Assembly (NCBI RefSeq): GCF_018350175.1
Contig: NC_058385.1
Coordinates: 60,016,001-60,080,000, forward strand
Origin: Felis catus
Taxonomy: Eukaryota
Reading direction: 5' to 3'
DNA length: 64,000 nucleotides
Numbering within the stretch: position 1 is the first letter of the stretch; every line of letters starts with the position of its first letter. The position numbers were made by a program, and so were the translations under genes. Below are positions 1 through 12,444 of this stretch, in pieces. A model generated the notes under the pieces. That model was given only the letters and a program-made list of their open reading frames with translations, made no database searches and was not told the origin of the DNA.

Positions 1-715
1 AAAAGACAGAACCAAACCAACCGTGAGTGTTTCAAGCCAATGTCTATGAGGATACAATTATTCTTATACGCTGGATGGGAGGTTGAATAGGGCTGAGGAA
101 ATCTTCTTCAGCCCCATGCCAGGCAAGGGGGAGAGAGCAGCGGAAGAAGGAGGTCTAGGGACTCCAGTGTAAATTATGTTGCAAGATGTGGATCGATTCA
201 CGCATACACTACAAACACATAGAGTGATCTTGCCCCATCCCTCTAATCTCTCTGCCTTGGTTTCCTCATCTATAAAATGAGTGGGGTCTAGGTAACTAGG
301 CTGTGCAACAAATTATATTGAATACCTACTGATGGTAGGCATTGGCATTTTGAAAATTTTTCACATACATCATTCATTTAATCTTGGTCTTATATTAATC
401 CTGTAAAAAAATATTACAAGACTGTTTCACATGAATGAAATAAGAATTTAGCAGGATTTAGGGAGTTTGCTAAAAGTCTAAATGCTCTCTAGATTCTCTT
501 CCAGATGCTAAAAATTGTCTTTACATTTATAATTTTAAGTGAGGCACAGGACCAAAGAGTAATGTGTATAGTGACCATGTGGACACTGTTCTCTTCCTAC
601 TCTGTTTTCCATCTCTTTCAATGAGGACCAAAAAAGACAATCTGGATTGCTCATTCCCCACTATTTCCTTTCCATTCCCTAACCTCTTCCTTCTACGGCA
701 ACATACATGTTAAGT

Positions 716-936
716 CAAGTCTGGACAATTTTTTTCCGTTAAGGGGCAGTTAGTAAATATTTTAGACTGTGTAGGCCATACAGCTTCTGCTACAAGTACT
801 CAACTCTGCTGTTATAGCATGAAAGCATCCAAAGAAATATAAATAAATGGGAGTGACTATGTTCCAATAAGGCTTCAATTATAAAGACAGGGAGTGGATT
901 GTATCTGGCTTATGAGCCATGGTTTGCCAACCTCTG
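716..936 (-). mobile_element. MER58A-like hAT-Charlie MITE
   Basis: Reverse complement follows the recalled MER58A consensus (GGCAAAC..., GGAACATAGTCAC, AGAGTTGAGTA, TAAAATATTTACTA) over ~220 bp. Confidence 0.8.
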
Positions 937-1073
937 ATATAAATTGATCTTAAAAAATTCCAAAATTCATGTGATATATATATTAAAGATGAAATATTTT
1001 AATAACACCCTAAGATCACGTACTTAATATTTGATGTGAGTATATGGTTATCCAATAAATGTATAATATGATC

Positions 1074-1281
1074 TTTTTTTTAAGTTAATTTATTTTTGAG
1101 AGAGACAGAGACAGCGTGAGTGGGTGAGGGGCAGAGAGAAAGGGAGACACAGAATCCCAAGCAGGCTCCGCACTGTCAGCACAGAATCCGATGTGGGGCT
1201 CGAACTCACACACCGTGAGATCATGACCTGAGCTAAAACCAAGAGTCGGACACATAACTGACTAAGGCAAGCAGGTGTCCC
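1074..1281 (-). mobile_element. CAN-SINE (SINEC_Fc2-like)
   Basis: T-rich tail, (GA)n, GTCAGCACAGA, TCATGACCTGAGC, tRNA-derived head at right; flanking repeat taatatgatctt. Confidence 0.95.
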
Positions 1282-1969
1282 AATTTGTAATATGATCTTA
1301 TAACAAATTAAAGCACTCCAACATGTTAGGTAGTGTTACCTTTATATTTGTATGTGTGGCTGAAACTGTTCACATTTGTTCACGTCTATCTTAAAAGACT
1401 TGTTAAAGCTCTTGAAAGAGACCCGAAAGAAGTTTTTTTATGTGTGGGCATGAGACAGATGGGTCTTCTGTTTGAATATCAGATAGAAATTTGCTTTCTC
1501 TTGATTCAATTAGGTCTAGTATCTGCAGTTACAACAAGCAACAAAGGCAAAACATAAAATTAATTACTTAACTCAGTCATTATCAGACAATCAAGGATAT
1601 GTATTGAATATTGACTATCTTATTTACTAGGTATGATGATTCATATTTTGAAGTTTCTCTTTCCAGTATTATATGGATGTAAAAGTAAACTCCTATTCAA
1701 ACATGAAGATCCTTAGAATTTGTGTTCTTTGTTAATGATCTGGTAAGTAGAAGATACCAGTAAATCAGTCAATAAATGTATTTGAGCAATGATCTTTTCT
1801 GCTTTGCAATTTGAATGAGATGTGATGTTAATGACTAAATATGAGGTTTTGCACATAGGAGACTCTCAACACATATCATTTCCCCTCTTTACATCATCAA
1901 GTTTGCTCACATTACCTCTTGTCAACTCGAGGAAATAACAGTTAAAACTCTAAAGAGATAATGGAGTGA

Positions 1970-3720
1970 CAGGGACCATTTTTAACCTTCCATTTTGAAA
2001 AATACTAGAAATTTGGACAAAATAGAAGAAACAACAATTTTCAGATTTTGAAGCACAGGCAGTCCAGGACTTGATCTCTGAAAGAAAGGAAATAAATGAA
2101 GTAAAACTTAAGATCATCCTCGACTTCTGATTGGGGTCACATTATGAATTATGGAGCAGGGAGAGGGAATTCTTCATACAAAATAGAGGTCTTGCTGAGT
2201 TGAGAAGAAGTCTACAAATTGAGAAGTCAGCAAATCTGAACCAGTGGCAAGTTATATGGCACAGTTCTGGGGAGAAGGAAATGATTTTATAAGTTCCATA
2301 AATCTCTTGAATACAAATGTGCATATATGTAGAATAGAAATCCATAAAGTTGTACAACATAATGTCTACCATTTTGTGTATGAAATTGTCCTGAGACCTT
2401 ACAGTGAACTAAGAATCATTCAAGTTCTCATTAGCCAGAATGGAAATTTCTGAAAAAATTTCTGAAAAATTTGGTATAAACTGTAGAAGGGCTGGTTCTT
2501 GTAGTGAGACTAAAACATCCCAAGAGTAAAGGCTACTTGAGACCCACACAAACAAAGCTTAGAAATTAACCTCAAAAGATCAAATCAAGCTGTGAGTACT
2601 TAACTGTCCACCAGAACAAAGCCAAGCAACCATTGAAGCAAAACAACAGGGGCGCCTGGGTGGCTCAGTTGGTTAAGCTTCCAAAGACTTCAGCTCAGGT
2701 CTGATCTTGTGGTTCTTGGGTTCCAGCCCTGAGTCAGGCTCTGTGCTGACAGCTCAGAGCCTGGAGCTTGCTTTAGATTCTCTGTCTCCCTCTCTCTGTG
2801 TCCCTCCCCCACTTGTGCCCTGTCTCTCTCAAAAATAAGTAAACATTAAAAAAATATTTTTTAAAAAAGGAAAAAAACAAAATCCAGAAGGATAACAATG
2901 TAAGTTCACAGTGCTCAGGATCCAATGAAAGATTACCAGAAAGATTATGTGAGTCTTAACTAGGTAACAAAAGTCAGTCATTGAAAACAGATAGAAAGTA
3001 ACAGCGAAGAAAGAATTAGCAGACAAAAGCATTAAAAAGCTACTATAAGCCACTATATGTTAACTAACATATTTTTATTTAAATAAAAATTTATTAAAAT
3101 AAAAATAAATTTTTATTTAAATAAAAACTTTACAAAAATAAATAAATGATGCTATAATAGAAAAAGCTATTGTAATCATATTGTTAAAGGGAAGTAAACA
3201 TAATAAAGGAAAATAAACATAGTAAATAGAGATAAGGAGGATAGAAAAATAAAGAGACCTCCTAAGAATGAAAATTACAATAGTTCAAATGAGATATTTA
3301 CTGAGTAGGTTTAAAATCAGATCAGATGCTGCAAAAATTTTTTCATGAGCTTAAGATCTAAGAATGAAAACTATCTAAAATAAAACACAGCTTGGAAAAA
3401 AAAAAGAACGACTGAAAAAAAGAACTTAGTATCATTAAGCTGTGAGACAACATAAAGAAGTCTAGGGAACAAGTGTGTAATTAGAGTTCCACAAAAAGGG
3501 AAGAGCAAAAACAAATTGACAAATTAATGGCTGGATATTTTCAAGACTTGATTAAAATTTAAATTCACAGATTCAAAAATCTCAGTGACCTTAACCATAA
3601 TAAGTATAAGGAAAACCATGCTAATAATATCATAATCAAATTGCTGCAAGCCAGTGATAAAGAGAGAATTTTATTCTAAGTTGGGAAAAAAACATCACAT
3701 ATTTTAGAGAAGAGCAAAAT
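1970..3720 (+). mobile_element. Old L1M-type 5'UTR/ORF1 remnant, interrupted by a SINE
   Basis: A-rich decayed ORF1-like motifs (cataatcaaattgctg, gataaagagagaatt, cacagattcaa); no intact ORF. Confidence 0.7.
2650..2865 (+). mobile_element. CAN-SINE (SINEC_Fc)
   Basis: GGGGCGCCTGGGTGGCTCAG head, CTCTGTGCTGACAGCTCAGAGCC, (CT)n, A-tail. Confidence 0.95.
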
Positions 3721-3859
3721 CTTCGAAGAAGGGACTAACACAGGGAGAATTCAACATATTTGCTCATTGTCTGAAGATGTAATGTAGTCTCAGTGTAGTG
3801 TGCCTGAAGTCTCAGAACTGTAATGTAGTGTAGTCTCAGAGTTGTGCCTGATGATCTGA

Positions 3860-4340
3860 TAGAAAATCCTCTGTACTGCTAGTCTGAGAAGCCAGAAGAC
3901 AAAATTCTCAATCTGGTCATGGCATCAGAAATGTAAAGATGTAATTCTGGGAAGGACAGATTCCTGGAAGGGTGGCCCAGATAATGTTTGTCATCTCTGT
4001 CCAAGTCTCTGCTGATGCCCTGAACCACACCTGTGCAAAGCAGACTTCAAACACCTCAAGTTAGGACAACAGAAATAACTGAGGTATAACTTGCCGCATT
4101 AGAGGTGAGGGTGAAGGCTTGCAATTTAAGTGTAATCAACTAAATTGACTGCTAAACAAAAATGTCAATGCTCTTCAGAGGAATATAATAATATACAAAT
4201 TCTGTGTCTTTATAACATTCACAATGTCTGAGAAACAATACGAAACTATTCTATACACAAAGCACCAGGAAAATGTGAAGTGTACTGAAAGGAAGAGACA
4301 ATGAACAGAGGCCACATGCAAGGTGAATCAGACATTGGGA
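3860..4340 (+). mobile_element. Old L1M-type 5' fragment
   Basis: Motifs acattcacaatgtc, caggaaaatgtga, cagacattggga resemble L1MC/MD sequence upstream of ORF1. Confidence 0.55.
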
Positions 4341-4346
4341 GCCATA

Positions 4347-5050
4347 TGATGAGGTTCTGGAGTGATGGTCGGGGGTCCGGAGCCAACGACCAAGAAAGAA
4401 TTCTTGAAAATATGTCTTTGGTGCAAAAAGGTGATCTTATTAAAGCACTGGGACTGGACCCTAAGGCAGAAAGAGAGAAAGAGCTCCGCTTGGGTTGTTA
4501 AGAATGGCTGGTTTTATACAATGGAGACTGCAAGGTAAAGTCAAAAGGCCTCTAGAGGGACTTTGATATGCTAAAGAGGGCTGCTAAGTTACCTGAGGCC
4601 TTGCTATTGTCAAGCTAAGGTTGTTTTCCCTCTAGTAAGGCATTAACTTTAGGACGTTCCTGGAGAAATGTTATATTCTGTTTTTGCCTCAAGTGTTTGT
4701 CAATGGGCTGCAGGTTATGAAGACATTTCATTTTACCTGTCACTTCCTTCCTGCCTTTGTTATCCATATCACTGTAGAGGGGTGATGTTGGGGGTCCAGG
4801 AAACTGAGTCTATAGGTTTCTGGAGATTATGTTATTGATAAAATTGCCTTTTTCTTGTAATTTACTAAGATATTTGTAAACTGACGGAGACCCATGTCCT
4901 GTATGACTAAGATCTCTATCAGTTAACCATTTGTTTTCTCTCCTTTCCTCTGTCCTTGAGCAACCAGGAGGGCCTGAGGAATATCACATATATCCCACCT
5001 TGTGGGGAGGGGGGCACTTTGTCCTCAGCCCGCCCCACACTCCCTCATCA
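4347..5050 (-). mobile_element. ERV1/gamma-type LTR (3' LTR of a truncated provirus)
   Basis: 704 bp bounded by the 8-bp inverted termini TGATGAGG (4347-4354) and CCTCATCA (5043-5050); purine-rich tract adjacent on the minus strand; env remnant follows. Confidence 0.8.
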
Positions 5051-5380
5051 CATCCACCCACACTGATCAATTTTGACCCTTAAATCTTCCAGGTTGCTGA
5101 AGGTGGAAGGTCTCATCTTCTGTAGGCTTCTTCCTGCTGAGTAGGGGCATAGAGATGTCCCTACCTATGGGTCAACATTGATGAGTTGGGGGAACATATA
5201 AAGGGGTTCCAAAAGCGGAGGCAGCTCAGTCCAAGGTGGACAGTAAGGTGGTATTTCTGGGTCAGGATCATCTATTATCGAGAAGTCATTGCAGTGATGC
5301 GGTCTTGGCACCAGGCAGAGATACATGGTAGAAAACAGCAAAATGAGGAATTTAAAACGGCTAATATAACTCTCATTGTT
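5051..5380 (-). pseudogene. env: Decayed ERV env C-terminus (TM/cytoplasmic tail) and 3' untranslated region
   Basis: Minus strand from 5340 translates to CCFLPCISAWCQDRITAMTSR**MILTQKYHL, resembling the MLV-type tail GPCI...DRI...LTQQYH; two in-frame stops. Confidence 0.7.
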
Positions 5381-5389
5381 TAAAAAAAC

Positions 5390-5538
5390 CAGGTCATGAT
5401 CTCTCAGTTTATAAGATCAAGCCCCACCCACACTGGGCTCGCTGCTGTCAGCACAGAGTCTGCTTGGGGTCCTTTATTCCCCTCTCTCTTCCCCTCCCCC
5501 ACTTGCACCCTTTCAAAAATAAATAACATTTAAAAAAA
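5390..5538 (+). mobile_element. 5'-truncated CAN-SINE
   Basis: Starts at CAGGTCATGATCTC and ends in (CT)n plus A-tail; no A-box head. Confidence 0.9.
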
Positions 5539-5569
5539 GAAACAGTATCTAGTATCAAAGGTAAATCGT

Positions 5570-5975
5570 AATCAATTATTTTGTATCAACTTGTTATTTT
5601 ATACTTTACTATTTAAATTCTTTTAATGATGTTTTACTATTTTTTCAAGTTATTTTCATAGTGATTACTTAATGTATCAGAACCAACTTGACATTAATAC
5701 TAACTTAATTCCAGTGATGAGAAATGTTATTCCAATTTTCTCTTCCTTCTTTTTTATGTTATTATTGTTATACATATTACATATCTAATGATACATTGCT
5801 ATAATCATTACTTTCCATAATTTATGTTTTATAAAAATATAAAAGCTAAGAGAAGAAAGGAGGAAATAGATGTATTTATAGAACTGGTATAGTAACCTTT
5901 TACTTACAATTTCTGGTTCTTTTAATTTGTTCCTGCAGATTTGAATTACCATCTGATGTTTATCACCTTCTCTAA
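5570..5975 (-). mobile_element. Old L1M fragment
   Basis: T-rich, with atttgaattaccatctg and related antisense L1MC-like motifs. Confidence 0.5.
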
Positions 5976-6394
5976 AATAGACCTTTCCCCCAACCTTAGG
6001 GGTACACAAAGATAAAATGTACCTACTTCTCCAATTTTTTCCCCAGACATAGTGTACCCCACCTTGCTACAAATGGAGGTAGAAGAGATGAGAAGTGCTA
6101 TCTGAACTACAGTGGGTAAAGGAAGTCATACGTGTCAGGAATTATGGCTACTTCCAACCCAACCCTAGGAACTTGGGGACTAACACCCTCAAGTGACAGC
6201 ACTGGTCTGGGATATGGGCTTGTATGTGAGACAACTTAGCTATACACAAATCTAAGCAGGGCTTAGGTTCCATCTCCTCTTTCATTCTTGGGTAATCAGA
6301 GTTTATGTTTCACTTAATGCCAGTTTTCCAATTCTAGAGTCACTATCACCAATGCCATGTACTTCAAAATTGTTTACTATGCCAGCTATTTTGG

Positions 6395-6505
6395 CAATCC
6401 CTATTAAATAGGAGGCCAGAAATCTGAAGCATGCATTGTTTAAGATACCACAGACAGTAAGCGAGGAACTGTAATTTGAACCAAGTCTAAGACTTCAAAA
6501 TCTAC
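6395..6505 (-). mobile_element. MIR fragment
   Basis: cacagacagtaag...atttgaaccaagtct...gacttcaaa matches the MIR core and head. Confidence 0.6.
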
Positions 6506-7289
6506 ATATTTTCTAAGGCACCTCTTTCAGCCAATCAAGAAATGGTGATATTATTTGTTTTAATGATGGTCTTTGTGGGCTCGGAGCAGTGTGTTGGGCC
6601 TACGGAAAAGCTCTTTTCAATGAAGACATTAAATAAGAAATAACCCTCGAGGCAAAATAAGTTTGAAGCATCTAGTTCATTGTCTATACTGCGGAGGATT
6701 CCCGTACGGCTGTGGAGGAAGGAATCCTTGATCTCACAAAGACAAAGAGAGGCCAGTGCTTATCAAATGGCTTACTTTCAAAATACTTTGCAGAATGCTG
6801 ATGATGGCTGAGTTTTCCACTGATATCAGTTAATGGAGTCTCCAGATTAAAAGACTTTTTTGTTTTTTTTTAAGCTAGTGCATGTGCAAAACCCAGAACT
6901 TACACGTTCATCCTTGAGGCAAGAAGCAGTGATGGTAGCATGGACCAAACAGCATGGGACAGGAACTAAGTAGGACACATGCAAGTGGACCCTAGTGGGA
7001 CCAAAGCATCTTGGCCATACTTGCTGAAGGTTGCTAGAGTCCCCTTTGTTAAAGAGCTAGAGACCAACATCAGAATCTTGTGCAGCTTCATGTGCCTCTT
7101 TCAATTCAGACACATTTACTCCAACAATTTACTTTCGTCATAGGTAAAAACCTATAGAATGCCCATGTGGAAAAATAAACTCAAATTGGTAAAACTCACA
7201 GTATTTTTCCATAATGACATAGTGGAGATCGCTGAAAATGCTATTGACACACTAATAAAGTTTTTTTCTTTTTTGGGGGGGGGGAAGGA

Positions 7290-7440
7290 TTTTTAAGTTT
7301 ATTTATTTTGAGAGAGAGAGAGAGATAAGTTGGGGATATAAGTTGGGGAGGGGCAGACTTTATTAGTCATGACCCTGGGATCATGACCCGAGCAGAAATA
7401 AAAAGCTGGACATTTAACTGACTGAGCCACCCAGGAGCCC
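7290..7440 (-). mobile_element. Short or internally deleted CAN-SINE
   Basis: ACTGACTGAGCCACCCAGG head, (GA)n, T-tail; local duplication of ATAAGTTGGGGA. Confidence 0.9.
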
Positions 7441-7656
7441 ACTAGTAATTTTTTTTTTTTTAATAACTGAAGAAACCAGCTTCTAGACCTTTACCCAGTT
7501 TCTTGGGAGTTGTATAAATTGGCACAAACTGATAGTAACACTCAAAATTAATTTGTTACAAGAATGATTTTGAAATACAAAACTGTATTTCAATGTAAGA
7601 AAATGAGATATATCGGCCTATTAAAGACAGATCTTGATCAAACCCGGCCCTGGCTT

Positions 7657-7701
7657 GGGGCACCTGGCTGGCTCAGTCGGTATAGCTTATGACTCTTGAT
7701 C
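7657..7701 (+). mobile_element. CAN-SINE 5' head only
   Basis: GGGGCACCTGGCTGGCTCAGTCGGTATAGCTTATGACTCTTGATC, then similarity stops abruptly. Confidence 0.85.
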
Positions 7702-8679
7702 AAACTATCCAAACGATGATAAATGGCTTGATGGAACGTCACCACGTGTTCCCAAATCGATCACAACCAGACTCCGCTCTTACAGATGCAAAAATTAGGT
7801 TATGAAAAACACCAAAAACACCCACTAAACAAACAAAACAAAAAAGCAAACAAAAAACCCCAAATCAGAAACAAAACCTCACACTTGACTTTCACGTTAC
7901 GTGAACCAGGCTCATTACTGCTTGGGTGTGTTGTGTGTTTCACAACCATGCTGGCCATAATGTTTTCTCGTCTGGTAGATTTTTTTTTCTCGTTCAGAAG
8001 TTTGTCTTTTTGGTAGAATATAAAGCAGAGCTGTTCAGATGGCCAGTGCGGTTTCTTTGAAATGTAGCCAAGTGAAGGTTGAGACATGTCCATGCCCTTG
8101 TCGGGTGGCTCTTTTAAATCGTTATGCTATATACTTTAAAGATTGAGACTGACAAAATAGCCTCCAGGACTGAGGGTACTTTGTACATAATGTGTCAGAT
8201 GTCTGGGAGAGGTAGCTGATTGTTTACCTTTGAATTGCTTTCCCTCTGAGGGAAGTGTGTGTTAACATTAGAGCATTCCTTGGGGAGGGGTGCCAAGAGG
8301 CAGACATCCTTTAGGATAGCCTTTCCTGCTGAGGGAACAGCATCTCTTTTATATGGCTAGTAAATCTGAGGGTTGATTCTGGAAGGATCATAGTATCACA
8401 GCTTTAACAAATCAAGTACATGGATTGTTCTCGAACAAGTCAAACCATATGCAAAACTCATATCACCAGCTTATTCTGCTGTCTTTAAAGGCGGTTCACA
8501 CTAGTGGCAAATAAATACCCTATTAAGTACTATAGATGAAGATAGAAGAAAACATCAATTAATAAAACGAGTTATATCACATCAGGACATTTGATGGAGT
8601 AAAAGGAAGAGTGAAGAGGAATAGAAATTTGTTTTATAAGCATTCTATTCTCCTAGGGTGATTAAGGAAAGTTTCCCTA

Positions 8680-8904
8680 GGGGCACCTGGGTGGCTCAGT
8701 CAGTTAAGTCTGTGACTTTGGCTCAGGTCATGATCTCATGGTTTGTGAGTTCCAACACCGCATTGGACTCTGTGCTGACAGCTCAGAGCCTAGAGCCTGC
8801 TTCAAATTCTATGCCTCCTTCTCTCTGCCCCTCTCCTGCTCATACTCCGTCTCTCTCTCTCTCTTTCTCTCTCTTTCAAAAATAAACAAAAACATTAAAA
8901 AAAA
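8680..8904 (+). mobile_element. CAN-SINE (SINEC_Fc)
   Basis: Full length; TSD AAAGTTTCCCTAG / AAAGTTTCCTTAG. Confidence 0.95.
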
Positions 8905-9577
8905 GTTTCCTTAGAGCTTTCCCAGTTTGAAAGTTCCAATCTCAGTAAATTTCGTGTTAGTACTCTTAGCAACTAAGAGACTTTTTTTCCTTCTTCTCCC
9001 AGAGTGAATATTTTATACATACTCTGTGTTTAATTAAATTAAATTTTCTGGATTTTTAGGTCACTGAGACCAGTTACATGAAAATCATCTCCTTTGTTTG
9101 TTGTATGTGTATAAATCAATTAAACCAATATTTTCATATTAATCTATTTGCATAATTAAGGGGGTTGGCTCCCTGTCAACTATTATCTCCTAGTTGATAA
9201 TTTTCCTATCATGCTCAAACATTGAATCTCTCTAAACATATCTAATCCAAAACTACATCAGCTTCATTGTGTTAGCAGTATTCTTCACTCTGCTTATGAA
9301 ATTCCCAAAGTCATTTCGAGCATTTGTATAATGAGGCATAGTATAAATATGTAAAAGCATGAACATGAATGTACTAAGTATAATACCTAGTTACTATTTG
9401 CTCCACATTATAAGTTAATTAGATGAAAGTCAGACTCTTATTCCTATCCACATTCATTATTTATTATTTTCTTATCTCCATATAATTCTTTAGCAACAAT
9501 CCTAGATATTGCTTATTATATCTTAGAAGTCCCTGAGTATCACAATCTCTGCAAATAATCCCACTTGAGTATTGAAG

Positions 9578-9640
9578 GAATAAGAATAAGAATAAGAATA
9601 AGAATAAGAATAAGAATAAGAATAAGAATAAGAATAAGAA
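9578..9640 (+). repeat. (GAATAA)10 hexanucleotide microsatellite
   Basis: Perfect tandem array read directly. Confidence 0.98.
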
Positions 9641-9839
9641 AGACAATTTGCTAATAGGGCCACCTATTAGATGTACCCATACTCTTTCTTTTCAGGTTTA
9701 CTTTTTTTTTTGCCTCAAATGTAAACAAAAAGTCCAATTACTGGCTGAATATCATTGCTACCCAATATTATAATGATAAACCTTATAACCTTCTTAAGTC
9801 TAAAAGCAATTTCCACAGGAAAAGACTAGATGCAACTCC

Positions 9840-10040
9840 TTTTACAGACTATCTGCACCCTGTGCTTATAGCCATCATAACACTTATAATATTATGTTGT
9901 CTGTATGGTTGATCTTTGCTTGTTTTCTTATTTTTCCTACCAGACCATAGTTCCTTGAAGCAAGAACTATGTTCTATCGATCCGAGTACTTCAGTGCCTT
10001 TTGACTATGTTAGCAGTGCTTGCTCTTAAACATACATTGA
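9840..10040 (+). mobile_element. L2 3' fragment
   Basis: ccagaccatagttccttgaagcaagaact...cagtgcct resembles the L2 3' end. Confidence 0.55.
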
Positions 10041-12444
10041 TGACTGTTTAAGTTTTTAAAGAATATGGCCAAAAATATGAGAAAACTTAAAGTATTGACT
10101 TGTGCAGTGTAAAAATCTTTGTTCAAGGGAATAAACGGAAGTATTTAAAAATATCTGGCATTGTTGGAGAGTACCCATTAAGTTACATGGGATAAAACAT
10201 TATAAATACTATTTGTGTAAAATGACTTTTTTAACAGATACTCATTCTTATTTTAAATTCCAATTTATGAAATGTTAAATTTCCATGAGTCCTGCATGGA
10301 CAACTGAGAGACAGAGGGCTTGGGAAATGCTCAGTGAGAGGAAAGGAAATGGTTCTTGGGACAAGTATAACACAACCAAAAAAGCTGATCAGAAAAAAAG
10401 GGGGGATTCAGGATGAGGATACTTAAATTTCCTCCATGTCTTCTCATTAGAAAGAAAATGCATAATATTTGTGTTAGGGAATCATGATGATTTTATAAGG
10501 GGTGAGTGCTAGACTTATTATTTGTAGACTCATTAGATACGCACAAGTGGGATGATTTTATTATCCCTTAAGTTTTTCTTTATTGTGCTAACTCTAGTCC
10601 AGAATCCTGAAATTTCACCCTTGAATGACAGTATTATTCAGAAGGTTTACCTTCAATAATCAACTCTTTAGTGTTTTAAAGTTTTGTTTTATCCCTGTTT
10701 GACCCCCACCTCCATACCACTAAGGAAGGCTTGAGAATTATTTTCCCCTCCAGTCCATAGAGACCACTCTTCATGTTTTGCTTTTGAAGGGGTTTCTTGG
10801 GCTTGGTAAAACAGAAGTTCTTTCCTGGGCTCCCATGAATCATAGGCGGCCCTTCCTTGGTCCCTGCTCACTATAACATGCCCAAAACCTTTGAAATGAC
10901 AAACATATTTCTGTAACATGTAACTACACAAGACATTTTTTTCCATATGCCTGTTTTCTTTCCATTCTAGACATGTGTTATCTAAATAATGACACAATAC
11001 CTTCATGAGGGCTGTATATATTTGGATATGTTGTCAGAGTCTGGATTCCTGCTCTCAGATAGACAGTAAATGAGATTACAAAACAACAATACATAAAAGA
11101 ATTGTTTTAAATTATTGTATTTGTGTAATGGTAGTAGTGCTTACTGCAAAGAACCACAAGAGTGAAAAATAAGTGGTTGTGTTTGACAATAGTCATGGAA
11201 ATACCCCGATTAGCTGTTTATTCTTATTATTGATATTAATATTATTGACATTTTCACTGCCATGGATAATTTAGTGCAGAGATTTTTTTTAGAAAGAACA
11301 GAAATATATATGAAATGTTCCTTTCTTGGGCATTAAATATTATATTTCAGTACTGAGTTTGTGTGCTTGACTGAGAAAGATTCTTGTCATTATTATTACT
11401 GGACATTAAAACATATATATAAAACATATATATGTTATATATATGCCATTCATAAACATATATATGCCATTCATAAACAACAAATACAAATATTTTAGAC
11501 AGTCAAGCGGATAAATTCGGTCACAAATATTTGCACCACAAAAGGATACAGCTTCATACAAAAAAAAAAAAAAAAAGTAGATGGTGAGTTTCCTGAAATA
11601 GTTCACTTCTCGGAGTTTTAAAAGTAGAGTTGGATTTATTTTAAAACCGATTAACTTTTCAGGAATGTATCTTCCTGTAAAGTGAGGCAAATCTGTATAT
11701 TACCAAGCCACTCGCTTTTACTCAGTTGGCCTATTTAGGTTTAGGGGGAGCAAAGCGATAAATGCTATTGCAGATTTTTTTCAGGGGCTTAAAAGAATGC
11801 ATTTCTGTAAGGCAGAGTTCAGCAAATGCAAAAGCCATTGGATCTTTAAAGAGAACTTCAAAATCATGTCAAGGCTTCATGAAATTCCATCAAATCAAAC
11901 ATGAAAGTACATTACCTAGAAAAATATTATTTCTTGGTTAGTTGTGTATGGCAGTGCAAGAGATCAGCAAACAGCAAAGATATTTTTCCCCTTTCCGACA
12001 GACAGGGAGACAGTAAAGAAAAATGAAAGAGGGTTGCCCGAAGCAGCACCCAAAGCAATAACTTTTATGTCTCCCTTCATGTCATCCTGGCAGCTGGATT
12101 AACTTATCTCTTTCAACACACTGCTGAATAAAACATCCATTGCAGCAATTAAGAAATAACATTGTCAGACTATTATGAGAATGAATACAAATTTCATTGA
12201 TTATTATTTTCTGTCTCTCGTTTGGAGAAAGGAGGGTGAGGAAGGAGCAGGGGCTGATATTGGGAGGTAAAAACAGAATGATCCATGACATTGAAGTGCT
12301 ATGTCCAGGGCCTCATAAAATTTGAATTGGGGAAAATAAACTTCAGAACATCAGGGAAGCATATTGAATTAATACTAGCAATTGTGCCATTTGGTCAAAT
12401 AAATGGTAGATGTTAGAGCTGGAGAAGCCTATGATTTATGACCT

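Noticed and set aside
90-114. Small hairpin GGGCTGAGGAA / TTCTTCAGCCC
   Set aside because: Short imperfect stem, too small for a pre-miRNA and expected by chance
2650-2730. tRNA genes at SINE heads
   Set aside because: A/B-box-like sequence continues into CAN-SINE bodies with (CT)n and A-tails; these are not tRNA cloverleafs
9578-9640. Regular array as CRISPR-like or a poly(A)-signal cluster
   Set aside because: Simple hexamer repeat with no spacers; it contains AATAAG, not AATAAA; the DNA is eukaryotic
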